From positions 1 to 13,302 of the forward strand of contig JBBIOM010000045.1 in assembly GCA_037443365.1 (NCBI GenBank): a stretch of 13,302 bases of DNA. Reading direction: 5' to 3'. Below are positions 7,933 to 13,302 of this stretch, piece by piece. The position numbers and the translations under genes were made by a program. Origin of the DNA: Armatimonadota bacterium. GTDB lineage: Bacteria; Sysuimicrobiota; Sysuimicrobiia; Sysuimicrobiales; Humicultoraceae. Under the pieces are notes generated by a model. The model made no database searches and was not told the DNA's origin. It was given only the letters and a program-made list of their open reading frames with translations. How positions within the stretch are numbered: position 1 is the first letter of the stretch; each line of letters opens with the position of its first letter.

Positions 7933-9105
7933 ATGAGCATATCTGTTGGCATCGTGGGGATCGGGTGGACCGGATTCAGGCCGGCCACGCCGGAGGTCTC
8001 GTACAAGGAGATGATCTACGAGGCCGCGACCCGCGCCTACGCCGACGCCGGCGTGGACCCGCGGCGCGACGTGGACAGCTTTGTGACCGTGTCCGAGGAC
8101 TTCCACGAGGGCACGAGCATCTTCGACGAGTACGTGCCCGACCAGCTGGGCGGGGCGCAGCGACCCGTGCACACCATCACCGGCGACGGCCTGCATGGGC
8201 TGGCCGCGGCGGCGATGCAGATCCTGACCGGGCGCTTCCGCGTCGTGGTCGTGGAGGGGCACAGCAAGGCCAGCAACATCCTCACCCTCCCGCACATCAC
8301 GCACTACGCCCTGGACCCTATCCTCAACAGGCCCCTGGATGTCAACCCCATCGCCGTGGCCGCTCTGGAGGCCTGCCGCTACCTGCACGAATCCGGAACG
8401 ACGCGCGAGCAGTGCGCGGCCGTGGTCGCAAAGAACCGGCGCAACGCGCTGCGCAATCCTGCCGCGGCGTACGGGGCCAACCTGCGCGCCGAGGATGTGC
8501 TTCGATCCGAGATGGTTGCCTCGCCGCTTGCGCGGCTGGAGATCAGCGATCAGGCCGACGGCGCGATCGTCATGGTCCTGGCCGACGCCGAGACCGCCCG
8601 GCGTCTCTCACCCCATCCCGTGTGGATGCGCGGGATCGGTTGGGCCAACGACAGCCCGTCGCTGGAAAGCCGTTGCTGGGATAGGGCGGTGTACGCGGAG
8701 CAGGCGGCGGCCATGGCGTACAGGATGGCAGGCATCGGTAACCCCGCAGACGAGATCCAGTTCGCAGAGGTGGACGATACTTTCGCGTACAAGGAACTCC
8801 AGCACCTCGAAGCGCTGGGGCTCTGCGCCTGGGGAAGGGCCGGACCGCTGACCGTGGAAGGCGCGACTGCCCCGAATGGGCGCCTGCCGGTGAACGTCTC
8901 CGGCGGGAGTCTGGGGCTCGGCCACCTGCTCGAGGCCTCCGGGCTGGCGCGCGTATTAGAGGTCGTGCTGCAACTCCGAGGGCAGGCGGGCTCCCGACAG
9001 CTCGGCGACGTCAATACCGGGCTCGCCCAGTCCTGGCGCGGGGTGCCCACGACCAGCGGCGCCGTGGCGGTGTTGAGCAACCAGTTGAGTGGGGGGGAGT
9101 CATGA
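7933..9105 (+). CDS. Thiolase-fold protein A (SCP2/Ltp-type, similar to archaeal 'acetyl-CoA acetyltransferase' proteins); lacks the nucleophile Cys
   Basis: VGIVGIGWTGFRPATPEVSYKEMIYEAA, KNRRNALRNP, DQADGAIVMVLA, NVSGGSLGLGH; ATG at 7933 follows AGGGAGAGG. Confidence 0.88.
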   Translation: MSISVGIVGIGWTGFRPATPEVSYKEMIYEAATRAYADAGVDPRRDVDSFVTVSEDFHEGTSIFDEYVPDQLGGAQRPVHTITGDGLHGLAAAAMQILTGRFRVVVVEGHSKASNILTLPHITHYALDPILNRPLDVNPIAVAALEACRYLHESGTTREQCAAVVAKNRRNALRNPAAAYGANLRAEDVLRSEMVASPLARLEISDQADGAIVMVLADAETARRLSPHPVWMRGIGWANDSPSLESRCWDRAVYAEQAAAMAYRMAGIGNPADEIQFAEVDDTFAYKELQHLEALGLCAWGRAGPLTVEGATAPNGRLPVNVSGGSLGLGHLLEASGLARVLEVVLQLRGQAGSRQLGDVNTGLAQSWRGVPTTSGAVAVLSNQLSGGES

Positions 9106-10280
9106 ACATGCGCCGCGTTGCCGTGGTGGGCGCCGGCATGACCCGATTCGTACGGCGGGCCATGGAAACTCCCAAGGAACTGGCCTGGCACGCTGGTCGT
9201 ATGGCTCTCGACTCCTGCGGGCTCACGCTCAAGGATGTCGGCGGCGTGTGCATCGGAAGCGCGCCGGACGCCTTCGACGGCGTGCACATGAAGGGCGAGT
9301 ACCTCGCGGATGGGAGCGGCGCGTGGGGCAAGCCCGTGATGCGCTCGTTTGTCGGGGGCGGAACCGGGGTGTTCCTTGGCCCGCACGGTTGGTACCACGT
9401 CGCCAGCGGCCTCTTCGACGTGGTGCTGGTGGTGGCCGAGGAGAAGATGTCGAGCTTCTACCCGCACGCGCAGGCGGCGTTCGTCACGATCTTCGATCAC
9501 ACCACCGAGCGGCCGCTGGAACCGAATCTATTGTGGATCTTCGCCCTGGAGATGAACCGTTACATGCAGACCTACGGCATCTCCAAGCGCGACATCGCGC
9601 AGGTCGCGGTGAAGAACAAGCGCAACGCCGCCGACCACCCGTGCGCGATGCTGGGCGAGGCCAACATCACGATCGAGGACGTGCTGAACTCCGAGGTGCT
9701 GGCCTGGCCGGTGCAGCGCCTCGATGTCAGCCCGGTGAGCGACGGCGCGGTCGCCATCGTCATGGCCGCCGAAGGGGTGGCAGAGCGGATCACTGATAGG
9801 CCGGTCTGGGTGCAGGGCGTGGGCTGGAACCTCGACACCGCCTACTGGACCAACCGCGACCTGGCCTACCCTGAGTACGTCGAGCGGGCCGCGCGCATGG
9901 CCTACGATATGGCCGGCGTGCGGGAGCCGCGCAAAGAGATACACATCGTGGAGCCCTACGACCCGTTCGACTACAAGGAACTGCACCACCTGGAAGGGTT
10001 GCTCCTGGCCGATCGCGGCAAGGCGCCGGAGCTGACCGCGCAGGGTGTGACCGCGCGCGGGGGCGCCATGCCGGTCTGCCCGTCAGGCGGCCTGCTAGGG
10101 GTCGGCAACCCGATCACCGCGGCTGGCCTGATGAAGGTCGCGGAGCTGTTCTGGCAGTTGCGCGGCGAGGCAGGAGCGCGCCAGGTGCCGGGGAAGCCCG
10201 AGCGCGGCCTGGCCCAGGCCTGGGGAGACCTGATGCAGGTGGGGACAGTCACGATCCTGGGCACGCGGCGGCCCGCGTGA
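9102..10280 (+). CDS. Thiolase-fold protein B (SCP2/Ltp-type); lacks the nucleophile Cys
   Basis: RVAVVGAGMT, GSAPDAFDGVHMKGEYL, AEEKMS, KNKRNAADHP, SPVSDGAVA, EPYDPF, CPSGGLLGVGNP; ATGA overlap with the upstream gene. Confidence 0.9.
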   Translation: MNMRRVAVVGAGMTRFVRRAMETPKELAWHAGRMALDSCGLTLKDVGGVCIGSAPDAFDGVHMKGEYLADGSGAWGKPVMRSFVGGGTGVFLGPHGWYHVASGLFDVVLVVAEEKMSSFYPHAQAAFVTIFDHTTERPLEPNLLWIFALEMNRYMQTYGISKRDIAQVAVKNKRNAADHPCAMLGEANITIEDVLNSEVLAWPVQRLDVSPVSDGAVAIVMAAEGVAERITDRPVWVQGVGWNLDTAYWTNRDLAYPEYVERAARMAYDMAGVREPRKEIHIVEPYDPFDYKELHHLEGLLLADRGKAPELTAQGVTARGGAMPVCPSGGLLGVGNPITAAGLMKVAELFWQLRGEAGARQVPGKPERGLAQAWGDLMQVGTVTILGTRRPA

Positions 10281-10295
10281 GCGAGGGGTGAGGAG

Positions 10296-10811
10296 ATGAC
10301 CCAGCGGATTGCATCCTACCCGGGCACCGCCCTGAGCGAGGAAGATATCGAGCGGGGGCGCGTGCTCTCCATCCACGACCGGCTCCGGGCCAACTACGCC
10401 TGGGATGCGGGCCTGGCCATCGGCCGGTACCTCGATGGCCTGAAGGAGGGCCGGATATTGGGGGTCCGGTGCGAGCGGTGCGAGCGCACGGTCGTGCCGC
10501 CGCGCGCGTTCTGCGAGCAGTGCTTCGCCCCGATGGACGCCTTCGTGCCCCTGGCGGGCATTGGAACCGTGAACACCTTCTCGCTGTGCTACGTCACCTG
10601 GGACGTGAAGCGGATCGTCGAACCCTTGATCCCGGCGGTGATTGACCTGGACGGCACATCGCCGCCCGCGGGCATCATGCACCTGCTGGGTGGGATCGCC
10701 CCGGACCAGGTGCGCATCGGCATGCGCGTCGTGGCCGTCTGGAAGCCGCCGCGCGCGCGCCGCGGCGCCATTACCGACATCCGGCACTTCAAGCCGTACA
10801 GGAGAGGATAG
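10296..10811 (+). CDS. DUF35-type Zn-ribbon/OB-fold protein (thiolase partner)
   Basis: CERC...PPRAFCEQC zinc ribbon followed by an OB fold (GTVNTFS...IGMRVVAVW); SD AGGAG. Confidence 0.92.
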   Translation: MTQRIASYPGTALSEEDIERGRVLSIHDRLRANYAWDAGLAIGRYLDGLKEGRILGVRCERCERTVVPPRAFCEQCFAPMDAFVPLAGIGTVNTFSLCYVTWDVKRIVEPLIPAVIDLDGTSPPAGIMHLLGGIAPDQVRIGMRVVAVWKPPRARRGAITDIRHFKPYRRG

Positions 10812-10813
10812 CC

Positions 10814-11299
10814 ATGCCGCTAGAGCCTGCAATGCACGCCACCGATCTGCGGACATGGAAGGGAACCATGCCCGTTACCAGCCGCTACACCTACGGGCCG
10901 GCGAACGAGCGCTTCTTCCGCGCCATCAAGGACGAGGCGAGTATCCTCGGCGCCCGCTGCGGCGGGTGCAGCGTGACCTACGCGCCCGGCCGGCTGTTCT
11001 GCGAGCGGTGCTTCGACGAGTTGACCGAGTGGGTTGAGGTGGGACCCGCGGGCACCGTGGAGGCGGTGACCGTGGTGCACGTGGACATGGATGGCGTCCG
11101 CCTCGACCCTCCTGTGCTGATGGCGCTGATACGACTGGACGGCGCCGACACCGTCCTGTACCACCGCCTGAGCGGCGTCACCGCCGCCGATGCGAAGATC
11201 GGCCTGCGAGTTGAGGCCTCCTTCAGACCCGCGGAGGACCGAACGGGCTCGATCCTAGACATCGCCGGCTTCCGCCCGCTCGATGTGAACGGGACCTAG
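10814..11299 (+). CDS. DUF35-type Zn-ribbon/OB-fold protein (second copy)
   Basis: CGGC...PGRLFCERC zinc ribbon, OB fold (GTVEAVTVV...IGLRVEASF). Confidence 0.92.
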   Translation: MPLEPAMHATDLRTWKGTMPVTSRYTYGPANERFFRAIKDEASILGARCGGCSVTYAPGRLFCERCFDELTEWVEVGPAGTVEAVTVVHVDMDGVRLDPPVLMALIRLDGADTVLYHRLSGVTAADAKIGLRVEASFRPAEDRTGSILDIAGFRPLDVNGT

Positions 11300-11306
11300 C
11301 GCCCAC

Positions 11307-11405
11307 TTAGACACGGTAGTCACCAATCCGGATGCGGTAGAGAGCGCCCGCGCCCTGGAGCTCTCGGCTCGCCGACCGTGCTAAGGTGACGACGTACTCA
11401 ACCAT
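11307..11405 (-). pseudogene. relE: RelE/ParE-family toxin remnant (internal deletion and C-terminal truncation)
   Basis: Manual translation MVEYVVTLARSASRELQGAGALYRIRIGDYRV*: a RelE-type N-terminus joined directly to the YRIRIGDYRV motif; TGATG-coupled to the upstream small ORF. Confidence 0.8.
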
Positions 11406-11614
11406 CACTTGGGGAGCTTACCGAGCCTACGCAGCCTGTCTTTGACCGCGTAGAGGGACACGCGCGGCTCCCTCGCCCGCCGGCGTGCGACGGCCCTGTC
11501 GTAGATGTCCTCCCAGAGCTCGGCATTGTTCTTGAGGTCGATGACGACGCCGGTCTTCTCACTCTTGTCGTCCACGATGAACCTGACGCCTTTGAGAACC
11601 GCGGCTCCGGGCAT
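11405..11614 (-). CDS. Small protein, probable antitoxin of the RelE-type module
   Basis: 69 aa, VRFIVDDKSEKTGVVI beta-hairpin then ELWEDIYD helix, SD GGAGG 8 nt upstream, translationally coupled to the relE remnant. Confidence 0.75.
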   Translation of the reverse strand: MPGAAVLKGVRFIVDDKSEKTGVVIDLKNNAELWEDIYDRAVARRRAREPRVSLYAVKDRLRRLGKLPK

Positions 11615-11615
11615 C

Positions 11616-11670
11616 TCCCGAACCTCCTTCGGGATCCTCCTCAGTATACGGCAACCTCTGTCGCCGTGTG
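11616..11670 (-). promoter_or_regulatory. Cassette-internal promoter/operator and SD hairpin of the antitoxin gene
   Basis: -10 TATACT (11648-11643) overlapped by an imperfect inverted repeat (11645-11670); TCCCGAA-GGAGG-TTCGGGA stem-loop (11616-11634) has the SD as its loop. Confidence 0.5.
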
Positions 11671-11771
11671 GCTAACGGTCAGCGTAACCCGCGGGATTGC
11701 CGGGCGCGGGCCGTGCTCCTCATGCACGGACCGTGACCGGCCGGACCGTCGGGTTCACGCCTTTGTTAGCG
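11670..11771 (-). mobile_element. Integron attC site (102 bp) ending the mazEF cassette
   Basis: Minus strand: R'' CGCTAAC, AAAGG, L'' CGTGAACC, central imperfect palindrome, L' GGTTACG, CTGACC, R' GTTAGCC; starts 6 nt after the mazF stop. Confidence 0.88.
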
Positions 11772-11777
11772 AGCGCT

Positions 11778-12128
11778 TCACGAGTCATCCACTCCGATCA
11801 AAGTGCATATCTTCCCGAGCGCCTCTCGGATCACTTCTTTGGGGGCTTTCGAGATCCGTTTCGCCCTGCGGACGCGCCAATCGAGACTCTTGACCTGATC
11901 TGAGAGAATGGCCCCAGACGGCTTCTCCCCACTCGGCAGGACGACCTCGAACGGGTACCCCTTGACTCGAGACGTGATCGGGCAGAACAGAGCCAAGCCC
12001 ACCTTTTCGTTGTAAGATCTCGGAGAGACCACAAACGCTGGCCGATGGCCCGCTTGCTCGTGACCTGCCTGTGGGTTGAACTGAAGCCACACAATGTCTC
12101 CACGATCGGGTACATACCGCCGGGCCAT
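11778..12128 (-). CDS. mazF: MazF/PemK-family endoribonuclease toxin
   Basis: YVPDRGDIVWLQFNPQAGHEQAGHRPAFVVSP...CPITS...YPFEV...DQVKSLDWRVR; ATG at 12128 overlaps the mazE stop (TGATG). Confidence 0.95.
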   Translation of the reverse strand: MARRYVPDRGDIVWLQFNPQAGHEQAGHRPAFVVSPRSYNEKVGLALFCPITSRVKGYPFEVVLPSGEKPSGAILSDQVKSLDWRVRRAKRISKAPKEVIREALGKICTLIGVDDS

Positions 12129-12370
12129 CACCAGGCCTCCCGCCCAACCGGACCACCCGTTGGTATTTCCTCGTGAAGGTTGTCCTTTCGAATCTGCGAG
12201 ACAAGGTCCGCCAGTTCGTACCTTGCCGGGCGAACCGGTTGAATAACAAGGCGATCCCCCTCGATCGAGATGTCGACCGGAGAACCCTCTTCGACCCCCG
12301 CATCTTTCGCGAATGACTTTGGGATCCGCAAACCTAGGCTGTTGCCCCAGCGCCGGATTCTTGTGACCAT
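12128..12370 (-). CDS. mazE: MazE/AbrB-fold antitoxin
   Basis: RRWGNSLGLRIPK AbrB motif and C-terminal LVSQIRKDNLHEEI...GREAW; SD GGAGG at 12381-12377. Confidence 0.95.
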   Translation of the reverse strand: MVTRIRRWGNSLGLRIPKSFAKDAGVEEGSPVDISIEGDRLVIQPVRPARYELADLVSQIRKDNLHEEIPTGGPVGREAW

Positions 12371-12380
12371 TCGACACCTC

Positions 12381-12422
12381 CGTGTATACAATGAATATAC
12401 ACGAGGGAGCAGGATTCGTCAA
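12381..12422 (-). promoter_or_regulatory. mazEF sigma70 promoter with an overlapping autoregulatory palindrome
   Basis: TTGACG (12422-12417), 17-nt spacer, TATATT (12399-12394); perfect inverted repeat CGTGTATA-N7-TATACACG at 12381-12403. Confidence 0.82.
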
Positions 12423-12436
12423 TCGTCAGAATCGCT

Positions 12437-12493
12437 CGCTAACGATGCAGGTCAGGCGCGCTGCAGAGCGTCGCCTGCATCTGCTGGTTCGGC
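12437..12493 (-). mobile_element. Integron attC site (57 bp) ending the methyltransferase cassette
   Basis: Minus strand: R'' GCCGAAC, CAGCA, GATGCAGGCGACG...CGCGCCTGACCTGCATC, R' GTTAGCG; starts 2 nt after the methyltransferase stop. Confidence 0.87.
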
Positions 12494-12495
12494 TC

Positions 12496-13245
12496 TCATC
12501 CTGTCTTGACACAGGCGAAGGCCGTGTACTCATCATCGCCCGCGTTGTATCGTCCCTCATGCACCTCGAAACCCGTTTCGCGCAGAACACGCCTCCACAT
12601 GTCCAGAGAGAATACCCCCATGGTCCAGTGATCGGTCTCAATCCGAAGGCGTCCGTGTTCGCGAATGAGATACAGGATCGTCGTTTCATACTGCTCATCC
12701 GTGGGGTCGGGATCATACACGTTCTCGATGAAGACAACGTCCACTCCGCCCCGCGTGGCCTGGGTGGTGCTGGTCTTGTTTTGCTGGAACGTCTCGGTCG
12801 TCACGTCCGGAGTAGCGACCAGGATGCCGCCAGGGTTCAGATGGGCGTGTGCGGTGCGGAACGCTGCCACAAAATCTGTCCGGCACTTCATGTGTGAGAT
12901 CGCATCGTCCATGAGCACGGCGTCAAAAGCCCTGCCGAGTCTGCACGTCCGCATGTCGCCTTGGACGAACGTGCACTCGGGATTCAGTTCCTTCGCCTGC
13001 GCAAGCATGGCGGCACTCAGATCGACACCGGTGACGTTGAACTGCCGCTTCAGGTTCAGGACGTTCTTCCCACCCCCGCACCCTATGTCCAGCAATGTGG
13101 TTGCCGGGCGCCTGGCGTGCTGACGGATCAGACCTGTGACGTGTTGGCAGTAGTGCGCGTATTCAGTGGCGGCATCGCCCCACATAGGCCAAAGCCACGC
13201 CAAGTCCGTATAGAGCCGGCAGGTATCTTGCATCTCTCTTCTCAT
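12496..13245 (-). CDS. Class I SAM-dependent methyltransferase (gene cassette)
   Basis: Motif I LLDIGCGGG, VTGVDLS, VQGDMR, FDAVL, AHLNPGGILV; ATG directly follows the core site GTTAGGC (alternative start at 13233). Confidence 0.92.
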   Translation of the reverse strand: MRREMQDTCRLYTDLAWLWPMWGDAATEYAHYCQHVTGLIRQHARRPATTLLDIGCGGGKNVLNLKRQFNVTGVDLSAAMLAQAKELNPECTFVQGDMRTCRLGRAFDAVLMDDAISHMKCRTDFVAAFRTAHAHLNPGGILVATPDVTTETFQQNKTSTTQATRGGVDVVFIENVYDPDPTDEQYETTILYLIREHGRLRIETDHWTMGVFSLDMWRRVLRETGFEVHEGRYNAGDDEYTAFACVKTG

Positions 13246-13300
13246 GCCTAACTCGTGATTAGACTGGTCAGTCTAACATCCCGCCCGTATCAGTCTAGCA
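13246..13300 (-). mobile_element. Probable integron attI site
   Basis: Minus strand: GCTAGAC ... GATGTTAGAC, TGACCA, GTCTAAT (L box), CACGA (5 nt), GTTAGGC (R box), ATG. No upstream RYYYAAC R'' box is visible, which fits attI better than attC. Confidence 0.65.
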
Positions 13301-13302
13301 CG

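Larger units (their letters stand above)
11300..13300 (-). mobile_element. Integron gene-cassette array: cassette 1 12443-13251, cassette 2 11676-12442, cassette 3 (degenerate) about 11300-11675
   Basis: Co-oriented short ORF units each begin at a GTTAGSS core and are separated by attC sites; the region looks less GC-rich than the flanking genes (judged by eye). Confidence 0.85.

Noticed and set aside
7804-8388. N-terminal extension making FabF 609 aa
   Set aside because: It is antisense to the thiolase gene, and FabF similarity begins at ATG 7803.
288-11262. Many long antisense or off-frame ORFs (for example 960-2120, 2450-3577, 4329-5282, 5469-6650, 8550-9500)
   Set aside because: These are shadow ORFs of high-GC coding sequence with no recognisable motifs.
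11765-12443. 15-bp inverted repeats flanking mazEF read as transposon or MITE ends
   Set aside because: No transposase or target-site duplication is seen; the repeats are the R''/R' arms of the cassette's own attC.
11670-12493. Intergenic hairpins read as terminators or CRISPR repeats
   Set aside because: They have no U-tracts and no repeat-spacer periodicity; the AAC/GTT boxes identify them as attC sites.
12382-12897. Plus-strand 171-aa ORF
   Set aside because: It runs antisense across the methyltransferase, attC and mazEF promoter and has no motifs.
13259-13276. Perfect palindrome TTAGACTG-GT-CAGTCTAA read as a TetR-type operator for the methyltransferase
   Set aside because: Its arms are GTTRRRY-type boxes spaced correctly from the GTTAGGC core, and attC sites follow downstream, so attI explains it better. 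The operator reading is not fully excluded.

Overview
High-GC bacterial chromosomal window with three parts. (1) 1-5324, minus strand: a HutC/UTRA-type GntR regulator, a TIGR00725/LOG-family protein and a PotABCD/FbpABC-like ABC importer (binding protein, two permeases, ATPase), followed by the 5' end of a type IV prepilin-like gene that the ORF track misses. (2) 5448-11299: a Cys-rich radical SAM gene, an apparently leaderless fabF, and a divergent operon of two Cys-less thiolase-fold proteins plus two DUF35 (Zn-ribbon/OB-fold) proteins resembling an archaeal module. (3) 11300-13302, minus strand: an unannotated integron cassette array. It has a probable attI at the right edge, two attC sites, and three cassettes: a SAM methyltransferase, a mazEF toxin-antitoxin pair with its own promoter and operator, and an antitoxin followed by an internally deleted relE remnant. 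The integron integrase is not in the window and is predicted just beyond the right end. All family assignments come from motif recognition by eye; no database searches were run.
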